Shown here piece by piece: positions 16,773 through 23,565 of a stretch of DNA of 64,000 nt. The position numbers were made by a program, and so were the translations under genes. The notes below the pieces were generated by a model, which had not been told where the DNA came from, made no database searches, and saw only the letters and a program-made list of their open reading frames with translations. Numbering within the stretch: the first letter of the stretch is position 1; each line of letters begins with the position of its first letter. Origin of the DNA: an uncultured Candidatus Kuenenia sp. (GTDB lineage: Bacteria; Planctomycetota; Planctomycetia; Pirellulales; UBA1268). The stretch is from the NCBI GenBank assembly GCA_964545915.1, contig CAZJHQ010000001.1, positions 248,341 through 312,340 of the forward strand, written 5' to 3'.

Positions 16773-18516
16773 GACTGAGCCTGCTTTGGTTGGCGTCTCC
16801 TACGTTTGCTTCTTCGAGGACGGTTTCCAACGTCACAAGCTCGTATCGGTGCCGATGGTTTTCCTGCCGCCGGCACAAAGCATACGCCCGTACACGGCAG
16901 CATCAGGCCTTCGGCCCGGGATTCCTGGCTCGGGCGCCGGGCTCGGCCGTGCGATCCGCCTGGCTATCGATGCCTCCCTCCCTCTCCCTCTGGGAGAGGG
17001 CCGGGGTGAGGGTGCCTCGGCCGCCCCGCGTCTCGACCCTGCCACCATCAACCCCGCCACCTGGGGCACCGGCTCCTATTCCCCCACGCCCACGATCATC
17101 GAGGCGGCCCGGTCGCTCTACGCCCGCCACACGGTCCACGACATCACCCGCAGCGACGCGGGGGCCGTGAACCTCGCGGCCACGAGCGGGTGCATCGAGT
17201 GGATCATCACCGCGGCGAAGGCCGGGCGGCGGAAGGCGATCGTGTTTGTCACCGGCGTTCCCCGAGTGGGCAAAACGCTCGTGGGCCTGAACGTGGCCAC
17301 GCGGCATGGCGAGCGGTCCGACGCGGCCCACGCGGTGTTCCTCTCGGGCAACGGCCCGCTGGTGGCGGTGCTGCGGGAGGCCCTGGCCCGCGACGACCTC
17401 GACCGCGCGAGGCGCACCGACCCGAAGGCCCGCATCGGCACCTCCAGAAGCGCCGTCAAAGCCTTCATTCAAAACGTCCACCACTTCCGCGACGACACGC
17501 TCCGCGACCCCGCTCCGCCCGACGATCATGTCGTGGTGTTCGACGAGGCCCAGCGGGCGTGGGATGCCCGGCAGCTCGCGAGCTTCATGAAGCGGAAGAA
17601 GGGGCGGCCGGGGTTCACGCAGTCGGAGTCGGAGCTGTTGCTTTCGGCGCTCGACCGGCATGACGACTGGGCCGTGGTGGTCTGTCTCGTGGGGGGCGGC
17701 CAGGAGATCAACACGGGCGAGGCGGGGATCGGCGCGTGGCTGGAGAGCGTCCGCACGGCGTTCCCCGGCTGGGACGTCTTCATTTCGCCGCATCTGACCG
17801 ACTCCGAGTATGCGGCCACCGGTGCCCTCGCTCGGCTCACGGAATCGCGGGCCGGTGCGGCGGCCGCCACGTTCGAGCCGGCCTTGCACCTGGCCACATC
17901 GATGCGTTCCTTCCGCGCCGAATCGCTCTCCCGCTTCGTGAAGGCGTTGCTCGACGGCGAGGTGGACTCGTGCCGCGAGCTCCTGGCCGCCTTTCGCGAG
18001 CAGTATCCGATCGTGCTCACGCGGAGCATGCGGGCGGCCCGGCGGTGGATCCGCCAGCAGCGGCGGGGCACGGAGCGGGCGGGGCTGGTGGCCTCCTCGT
18101 CGGCCCAGCGGCTCAAGCCCCACGCGATCGACATTCGGGTGAACATCGACCCGGTGCACTGGTTTCTGAGCCCCGCGAAAGACACCCGCTCGTCGCTCTA
18201 TCTCGAAGACGCGGCGACGGAGTTTCAGGTGCAGGGGCTGGAGCTCGACTGGACGATCGTCACGTGGGACGCCGACTTACGCTGGTCGGGCGACGACTGG
18301 AGCTATCACAGTTTTCGCGGGGCGAAGTGGACGGACGTGAAGAAGCCCGAGCGGCGGCAGTATCTGAAGAACGCCTACCGCGTGTTGCTCACGCGGGCCC
18401 GGCAGGGGATGGTGATCTTCGTCCCGCCGGGGGCGAAACGCGACAAGACGCGGAGCCCGGGGTTCTACAAGGGGGTAAGCCAGTATCTCGCCGACCTGGG
18501 CGTGCCGCAGGTTTAG
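16732..18516 (+). CDS. DUF2075-type P-loop ATPase / helicase-like protein (start uncertain, possibly 5'-truncated)
   Basis: Walker A FVTGVPRVGKT and Walker B-like HVVVFDEAQRAW. Other DUF2075-like blocks are VVCLVGGGQEINTGEAG and ...KNAYRVLLTRARQGMVIFVP.... The first ~110-145 codons of the maximal ORF overlap the J motif, an antisense PIN fragment and a REP-like hairpin (ccctctcc...ggagaggg). The real start may therefore be the GTG at 17167, or the gene may be truncated. Confidence 0.7.
   Translation: MYRRTVFRQAPPRATEPALVGVSYVCFFEDGFQRHKLVSVPMVFLPPAQSIRPYTAASGLRPGIPGSGAGLGRAIRLAIDASLPLPLGEGRGEGASAAPRLDPATINPATWGTGSYSPTPTIIEAARSLYARHTVHDITRSDAGAVNLAATSGCIEWIITAAKAGRRKAIVFVTGVPRVGKTLVGLNVATRHGERSDAAHAVFLSGNGPLVAVLREALARDDLDRARRTDPKARIGTSRSAVKAFIQNVHHFRDDTLRDPAPPDDHVVVFDEAQRAWDARQLASFMKRKKGRPGFTQSESELLLSALDRHDDWAVVVCLVGGGQEINTGEAGIGAWLESVRTAFPGWDVFISPHLTDSEYAATGALARLTESRAGAAAATFEPALHLATSMRSFRAESLSRFVKALLDGEVDSCRELLAAFREQYPIVLTRSMRAARRWIRQQRRGTERAGLVASSSAQRLKPHAIDIRVNIDPVHWFLSPAKDTRSSLYLEDAATEFQVQGLELDWTIVTWDADLRWSGDDWSYHSFRGAKWTDVKKPERRQYLKNAYRVLLTRARQGMVIFVPPGAKRDKTRSPGFYKGVSQYLADLGVPQV
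16775..16878 (-). pseudogene. Internal PIN (VapC) gene fragment
   Basis: Translates ENHRHRYELVTLETVLEEANVGDANQSRLS, matching residues ~36-70 of the intact PIN gene at 18703..19185 (ENRRHRYELVTSASVLDEVRSGDQSQSGL). Flanked by inverted copies of GTGTAC(A/G)GGCGTA (16731 and 16879-16896). Confidence 0.6.
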
Positions 18517-18713
18517 GCCGACTGGCCGAGTTCAGCCGCCTCGCGTCGTTCGGCTTCTTCTCGCTCGTTCGTCAGCCTTTCCGCATCAAGTTCACGGATA
18601 TGGCGGAGGTAGCCCTCCACGCCCCCGTACTTCTCGAGCAGCTGCTGGCGGATCGCATGTATCTCCGCCACGATCGGATCGTCTTGCTCATCGATGACGG
18701 GTTTAGTGGCCAT
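18513..18713 (-). CDS. Small helical partner protein of the PIN toxin (putative antitoxin)
   Basis: 66 aa, overlaps the PIN gene end by 11 nt. Its stop codon overlaps the DUF2075 stop on the other strand (TTTAG). Confidence 0.55.
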   Translation of the reverse strand: MATKPVIDEQDDPIVAEIHAIRQQLLEKYGGVEGYLRHIRELDAERLTNEREEAERREAAELGQSA

Positions 18714-19185
18714 GGTCGTGCTCCATCAGGTCTGTAGGCGTGCAGATATTCGGAATGTGCTTGTCAAGTCTTCGCAACCATCGTTCGATCGGCCGGCGAC
18801 TGGATTCATTTGCGAGATGAGAGCAGTTCCACGTCAACAAGAAGTCTACTTGGTATGCCGAGGCAAACGCGACGTGAAACGCATCGACGCTCGCTCCCGG
18901 AGGAATCCAGCCCTTCCGCAGAAGTTCCGAACCAATGAATTCTACCTCGGGGCTCAACGTGAGAACGTGAATCCCTTTCAGGGCCGCGGTTCGCAAACCG
19001 CTTTGGCTCTGGTCGCCGCTCCGCACCTCGTCCAAAACGCTGGCAGACGTCACCAACTCGTATCGGTGCCGACGGTTTTCCCACCACGACCTGGTGATCG
19101 CCTGCTTGGCGGCCAGTTCGCCGTCCGGCGAGAGGCGGGCAACCAGGTACGACGGGATCGTGGTCTCGAGGTAGACGCTTGGCAC
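18703..19185 (-). CDS. vapC: PIN-domain (VapC-family) toxin
   Basis: MPSVYLETTIPSYLVA...DAFHVAFASAYQVDFLLTWNCSHLAN has PIN acidic residues and the LLTWN motif of a widespread VapC subfamily. Confidence 0.75.
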   Translation of the reverse strand: MPSVYLETTIPSYLVARLSPDGELAAKQAITRSWWENRRHRYELVTSASVLDEVRSGDQSQSGLRTAALKGIHVLTLSPEVEFIGSELLRKGWIPPGASVDAFHVAFASAYQVDFLLTWNCSHLANESSRRPIERWLRRLDKHIPNICTPTDLMEHDHGH

Positions 19186-19222
19186 GATTGGTTTCCGCGG
19201 CGAGGCGGCGATTCATGCCATG

Positions 19223-19322
19223 GAGTGTACATGCGTACCGTTCTTCGTCGAGCCCCCCGCGGGGGACCAAGGTTGTCCCTCGGATTGGTATCCTGCCTCC
19301 GATGGTTGCCCTCCTACCTATG
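19223..19322 (-). promoter_or_regulatory. J motif copy J1 (long form with GGGAC...GTCCC hairpin and tail), upstream of the PIN gene
   Basis: Plus strand reads gagtgtacatgcgtaccgttcttcgtcgagccccccgcgggggaccaaggttgtccctcggattggtatcc.... The minus strand gives TCGACG-N16-TACACT 38 nt before the GTG start. Confidence 0.45.
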
Positions 19323-19340
19323 GCCGCACTCGAGCGAGAG

Positions 19341-19748
19341 CGGCTCAAGCCCCACGCGATCGACATTCGGGTGAACATCGACCCGGTGCACTGGTTTCTG
19401 AGCCCCGCGAAAGACACCCGCTCGTCGCTCTATCTCGAAGACGCGGCGACGGAGTTTCAGGTGCAGGGGCTGGAGCTCGACTGGACGATCGTCACGTGGG
19501 ACGCCGACTTACGCTGGTCGGGCGACGACTGGAGCTATCACAGTTTTCGCGGGGCGAAGTGGACGGACGTGAAGAAGCCCGAGCGGCGGCAGTATCTGAA
19601 AAACGCCTACCGCGTGTTGCTCACGCGGGCCCGGCAGGGGATGGTGATCTTCGTCCCGCCGGGGGCGAAACGCGACAAGACGCGAAGCCCGGGGTTCTAC
19701 GAGGGGGTGAGCCAGTACCTCACCGACTTGGGCGTGCCGCAGATCTAG
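19341..19748 (+). pseudogene. DUF2075 gene 3'-terminal fragment, copy R2 (last 135 codons plus stop)
   Basis: 408 nt colinear with 18109..18516 and near-identical except the last ~60 nt (...FYEGVSQYLTDLGVPQI* versus ...FYKGVSQYLADLGVPQV*). Confidence 0.85.
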
Positions 19749-19786
19749 GCCGCCTTGCCGAGGTAAGCCGCCTGACTGCGATCGAC

Positions 19787-20032
19787 CTATTTGCCGTTGA
19801 TGCGGCTCCGCCTGCTGGCATGCAAGATCGTGAGCCCGATGATCTCTTCACCCCGGTAACGCACGATGATGTCGTCGGGCCCGAGCTCGCTGTCGGTCGC
19901 CTCTGCCCCCGGTTCGAAGTTCATGTAGATCACGTCCGCCGGCTCGTCATAGGTGCACTGCATCGATCGATGCGGAGCCTGGAGAACGGCCGGGATCGCG
20001 TCGAGAAAATCGCTCAATTGGACGGGGGCCAT
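19787..20032 (-). CDS. DUF2283-domain protein (putative antitoxin)
   Basis: ...DEPADVIYMNFEPGAEATDSELGPDDIIVRYRGEEIIGLTILHAS is a typical DUF2283 pattern. Overlaps the upstream small gene. Confidence 0.65.
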   Translation of the reverse strand: MAPVQLSDFLDAIPAVLQAPHRSMQCTYDEPADVIYMNFEPGAEATDSELGPDDIIVRYRGEEIIGLTILHASRRSRINGK

Positions 20033-20361
20033 ACCTGTCGTCTCCGCTTGAAGATCGCCGCGACTCGCGAGGTCACGAATGCCGTGATCACAAAGCCGTC
20101 CTGCGCATCGACTTCCCTATAGGCTACCACCAGCGCTTTCCCGGAATCCAACCGATGCACGGCCAGCAGTTCGCCGGCGGTGCCTTCGAGCACATATTCG
20201 GCGTTGGTGATCGCCTCGAGCACAGTCGGCCGGAGGCGGGCCAACTCCGGATGCCCTTCCGAGATGTGCTGCCATCGCTCCGCCGAAAGCCGCACCCACA
20301 CCCCGTTCCTCGACCTCGCCCCAGATGGTTCATCGTCGCCTTGCTTCGCGTTCGTGATCAC
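20014..20361 (-). CDS. Small toxin-like protein of uncharacterised family (W-x-H-I-x3-HPE motif), paired with DUF2283
   Basis: ...VWVRLSAERWQHISEGHPELARLRPTVLEAITNAEYVLEG...ALVVAYREVDAQDGFVITAFVTS.... GTG at 20361 chosen because the upstream part of ORF 20014..20520 is antisense to J/R3. Confidence 0.5.
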   Translation of the reverse strand: MITNAKQGDDEPSGARSRNGVWVRLSAERWQHISEGHPELARLRPTVLEAITNAEYVLEGTAGELLAVHRLDSGKALVVAYREVDAQDGFVITAFVTSRVAAIFKRRRQVWPPSN

Positions 20362-20397
20362 AGCGGCATTTTCTCGTTGGCCCGCGAGGAGTGTACA

Positions 20398-20433
20398 TGC
20401 GTACCGTCCTTCGTCAAGCCCCACGCGATCGAC
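20398..20433 (-). promoter_or_regulatory. J motif copy J3 (minus strand: TTGACG-N16-TACACT)
   Basis: Plus strand reads ggagtgtacatgcgtaccgtccttcgtcaagcccc, fused directly to R3 through the shared 9-mer TCAAGCCCC. Confidence 0.5.
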
Positions 20434-20727
20434 ATCCGGGTGAACATCGACCCGGTGCACTGGTTTCTGAGCCCCGCGAAAGACACCCGCTCGTCGCTCT
20501 ATCGCCCCCCCATCTATCACAGTTTTCGCGGGGCGAAGTGGACGGACGTAAAGAAGCCCGAGCGGCGGCAGTATCTGAAGAACGCCTACCGCGTGTTGCT
20601 CACTCGGGCCCGGCAGGGGATGGTGAACCTCGTCCCGCCCGGGGCGAAACGCGACAAGACGCGGAGCCCGGGGCTCTACGAGGGGGTGTGCCAGTACCTC
20701 ACCGACCTCGGCGTGCCGCAGGTTTAG
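20424..20727 (+). pseudogene. DUF2075 gene 3'-terminal fragment, copy R3 (internal deletion)
   Basis: ...KPHAIDIRVNIDPVHWFLSPAKDTRSSLY|RPPI|YHSFRGAKWTDVKKPERRQYLKNAYRVLLTRARQGMVNLVPPGAKRDKTRSPGLYEGVCQYLTDLGVPQV*. About 34 codons are missing relative to the full gene. Confidence 0.85.
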
Positions 20728-21356
20728 GCCGGCGACGCATTCGACTTCATTGCGACCGGCGCCGCCTGCTTGCCGTATAGCAACTGGGCGATCACTGCCG
20801 TGATCAGCGACTTATCCTCGGGATGGCTGGATGCGGTCAGGAGCGTGAGCGCGACCAACGCGGTGTCGGAGATTCGTCGTTCGCCTGCTCCGGCATACAA
20901 CGCGCCATTTTTCTCCAGGAACCAGAGGAAAAGTGCCGCGGCGATACGCTTGTTCCCGTCCACGAAGGGATGGCTCTTCGTCAGGAAATACAACAAGTGG
21001 GCGGCCTTGTCTTCGAGGCTTGGGTAGAGATCCCTGCCCTCGAAGGTCTGCATGACGGCGCCCAGAGCACCCGCGAGTCCGGCATCTTTCTCATGGCCAA
21101 AAAGATCAGATGCGTTGAACCGAGATCGGAGTTGCCGAACGATCCGCAGTGCCTCGTCGTAGTCGATGCCCTTCGCGGGCCCAGTAGCGGGGAGCGTCGG
21201 GGGAAGTCGCTCGTGGTCGTAGTCATCGAGAACGTCCAGTGCGAAGCTGTATTCGCCAACCACCTGCAGGAAAGTGCGCGTTCCCTGGTAGACGTGTTCT
21301 CCAATCATTTCCGGCTCCGATCTGCTATCCATCGTTGTATCTCCAGCTTTGCGCAC
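20724..21356 (-). CDS. Fic/DOC family protein
   Basis: Canonical Fic motif HPFVDGNKRIAAALF. The start may be the internal ATG at 21332. The stop overlaps the R3 stop (TTTAG). Confidence 0.8.
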   Translation of the reverse strand: MRKAGDTTMDSRSEPEMIGEHVYQGTRTFLQVVGEYSFALDVLDDYDHERLPPTLPATGPAKGIDYDEALRIVRQLRSRFNASDLFGHEKDAGLAGALGAVMQTFEGRDLYPSLEDKAAHLLYFLTKSHPFVDGNKRIAAALFLWFLEKNGALYAGAGERRISDTALVALTLLTASSHPEDKSLITAVIAQLLYGKQAAPVAMKSNASPA

Positions 21357-21693
21357 AAATGCGAAACCATTCGGGCGGTTCTTGTCGCCGTCGCGATCAA
21401 ATACTATACATCTGTTCTCTTTCCGCCGTCAAGCCAGCTCGCAAGGTCCCTGTCTTGGTGGTGTCGCGGGATTCGGTATTGAAGCCAATATGCCGACCGA
21501 CAAAAGCTCCGAAACCGTTCGCCCGCTGTTGCAGCTATCGCATAATGGGGGACACGAAGCCGATCAATCCAGTAAGCAACAAGCGCCCTCATGGGGCCGC
21601 TCAAACAAACCGTTGTTGATGGCCGACTGGCATGAACCGCGCGCACGAGCGCCTACATTGCTGGAATAGAACTTCTCACGCCGTTGCAATCAC

Positions 21694-22272
21694 ATGACGC
21701 AGGTTCTCTATAGCCAGCTAGAGATGGCCACAATACTAGGCGTAACCAGTGACGCTGTCGGGCTTAAAATCAAGAAGCTCAAGAGTCGCGGATTCGATGT
21801 GGGCGAGACTCAGGTGCGCGTATCGCAAAAGGAGGGCCGCCGTGACGTCGTTCGAATGATAATGAAGTATCCGGCAGCAACGCTCCGCGCAGTCGCAACA
21901 AGACAGTGTGGGACACTAGCCGTTACTGACGACAGCCTAATACCGGATGTCGTTGTGCTCCGGCCGGAGATTCACTTTGGCGAATTGATGTCCTGCCTTA
22001 CTGCGGCGTTTGCGATGCGGACGCAGCATCCGTTCGGTCGATTCCGTGTCGACTTCTACTTCCCTGATGCAATGCTCGTAGTCGAGTATGACGAAGAATC
22101 GCACGCCAAGACACAGGACAGGGACAGGCGTCGCCAAGCCTATATCGAGGAGCGATTTGGCGTTACGTTTATTCGGGTGAAGGAAGGCAAGGAGATCGTC
22201 GGCTTCCGTAAAGTCATCGGGTATCTGTTCCGGCAACGCGGTTTAGCTGCCGGTACGGCCTCCGACTGCTGA
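21694..22272 (+). CDS. HTH plus PD-(D/E)xK (Vsr/DUF559-like) endonuclease-domain protein
   Basis: N-terminal HTH-like LEMATILGVTSDAVGLKIKKL. C-terminal FRVDFYFPDAMLVVEYDEESH...RRRQAYIEERFGVTFIRV resembles DUF559/Vsr-type nuclease cores. Visibly lower GC than the surroundings. Confidence 0.55.
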   Translation: MTQVLYSQLEMATILGVTSDAVGLKIKKLKSRGFDVGETQVRVSQKEGRRDVVRMIMKYPAATLRAVATRQCGTLAVTDDSLIPDVVVLRPEIHFGELMSCLTAAFAMRTQHPFGRFRVDFYFPDAMLVVEYDEESHAKTQDRDRRRQAYIEERFGVTFIRVKEGKEIVGFRKVIGYLFRQRGLAAGTASDC

Positions 22273-22294
22273 AATCTGAACTACGAATGTGTTT

Positions 22295-22470
22295 AAGAAG
22301 CCCGAGCGGCAAAGGATCTGAAGAACGCCTCCCTTGTGTTACTCACGCGGGCCCGGCAGGGGATGGTGATCTTCGTCCCGCCGGGGGCGAAACGCGACAA
22401 GACGCGGAACCCAGGGTTCTATCAAGGCGTGAGCCAGTACCTCAACGCCCTGGGCGTGCCGCAGGTCTAG
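22295..22470 (+). pseudogene. DUF2075 gene 3'-terminal fragment, copy R4 (degenerate, last ~58 codons)
   Basis: aagaagcccgagcgg...ctcacgcgggcccggcaggggatggtgatcttcgtcccgccggggg...gtgccgcaggtctag, with indels relative to 18341..18516. Confidence 0.8.
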
Positions 22471-22484
22471 GCAGACCGAGCTGG

Positions 22485-22745
22485 TCAACTGGCCTTGGCT
22501 GACGGCCTCGGTGCGGGAGCCCCACGAAGCAGACCCTCGACTGAAATATCCTCATCGATCTCCGGCCAATGGATGCCGTACCCAGCGCCTGCAACCTGCC
22601 AGTTGGCCCGCTGTTCGGGCGTCGCGTGCAACAGCCGCGGATACCAGGCGAGCGGGGCGGAAATGGTCCGGCCATCGGCCAAGTCGACGACCAGGCAATC
22701 ATCGGTGCAATGCATGTTCGTCACGCGTTCACCCTGCGTCGCCAT
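22485..22745 (-). CDS. DUF2442-domain protein
   Basis: ...LVVDLADGRTISAPLAWYPRLLHATPEQRANWQVAGAGYGIHWPEIDEDISVEGLL is the characteristic DUF2442 sequence. Confidence 0.75.
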   Translation of the reverse strand: MATQGERVTNMHCTDDCLVVDLADGRTISAPLAWYPRLLHATPEQRANWQVAGAGYGIHWPEIDEDISVEGLLRGAPAPRPSAKAS

Positions 22746-22971
22746 GGATAGCCTCCCACTCGTCCAAAAGCTCGGCGATGGAATTCTCGATCAACCGTTC
22801 GATCGTTCGCAGCTCGTGAGCCCGAAATCCAAGATTACTGGCGAGGGCCACCGGGGACAACCAGAACTTGCAGGACGCCGCATCTCGATCGACGTGCACG
22901 TGAGCCGGTTCGTTCATCTCGTGCGAATAGAAATAAACGCGGTAGGGTCCACTTCGCAGAATCGTTGGCAT
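22729..22971 (-). CDS. DUF4160-domain protein
   Basis: MPTILRSGPYRVYFYSHEMNEPAHVHVDRDAASCKFWL is the characteristic DUF4160 N-terminus. Overlaps the downstream DUF2442 gene, a common two-gene pair. Confidence 0.75.
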   Translation of the reverse strand: MPTILRSGPYRVYFYSHEMNEPAHVHVDRDAASCKFWLSPVALASNLGFRAHELRTIERLIENSIAELLDEWEAIHGDAG

Positions 22972-23022
22972 CGGGCAACCCGATTGGCGGGGCTTTTAGC
23001 GGCATCGCGCCGCGTTGGCAGG

Positions 23023-23121
23023 AAGTGGACATGCGTCCCGTCCTGCGTCAAGTCCCCCGCGGGGGGCCAAGGTTGTCCCTCGGATTGGTATCCTGCTTCC
23101 CATGGTTGCCGCCCTGCCTAT
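23023..23121 (-). promoter_or_regulatory. J motif copy J5 (long form, degenerate: TTGACG-N16-TCCACT)
   Basis: Plus strand reads aagtggacatgcgtcccgtcctgcgtcaagtcccccgcggggggccaaggttgtccctcggattggtatcc..., colinear with J1. Confidence 0.4.
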
Positions 23122-23526
23122 CGCCACGTTCGAGCCAGCCTTTGGTGCCTCTTGCGCCATCGTGCTCACGCGGAGCATGCGGGCGGCCCGACGGTGGATC
23201 CGCCGGCAGCGGCGGGGCACGGAGCGGGCGGGGCTGGTGGCCTCCTCTTCGGCGAGAGCGGCTCAAGCCCCACGCGATCGACATTCGGGTGAACATCGAC
23301 CCGGTGCACTGGTTTCTGAGCCCCGCGAAAGACACCCGCTCGTCGCTCTATCTCGAAGACGCGGCGACGGAGTTTCAGGTGCAGGGGCTGGAGCTCGACT
23401 GGACGATCGTCACGTGGGACGCCGACTTACGCTGGTCGGGCGACGACTGGAGCTACCACAGTTTCCGCGGGGCGAAGTGGACAGACGTGAAGAAGCCCGA
23501 GCGGCGGCAGTATCTGAAGAACGCCT
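23122..23526 (+). pseudogene. DUF2075 gene fragment, copy R5 (starts further 5', internal deletion, 3' end cut)
   Basis: gccacgttcgagcc (as at ~17866), then a deletion to ...IVLTRSMRAARRWIRRQRRGTERAGLVASSS..., then colinear to ...RRQYLKNA, where homology stops 40 nt before the PLD-helicase gene end. Confidence 0.8.
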
Positions 23527-23565
23527 CAGCCTCTGCGTAACAGCCCCGACGTCTCTGGTCGGGCG

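Noticed and set aside
16975-17012. ccctctccctctgggagagggccggggtgagggtg hairpin, encoding ...PLPLGEGRGEG... inside the DUF2075 maximal ORF
   Set aside because: It looks like a common GC-rich REP-type palindrome rather than a specific feature. It is used only as an argument that the 5' part of that ORF is non-coding.
19179-19748. 189-aa ORF (and 20155..20727, 22965..23540) as independent small DUF2075-like genes
   Set aside because: Their N-terminal parts are translations of the J motif and antisense TA sequence. They lack the P-loop half, so they are treated as gene fragments, although expression of a C-terminal peptide cannot be excluded.
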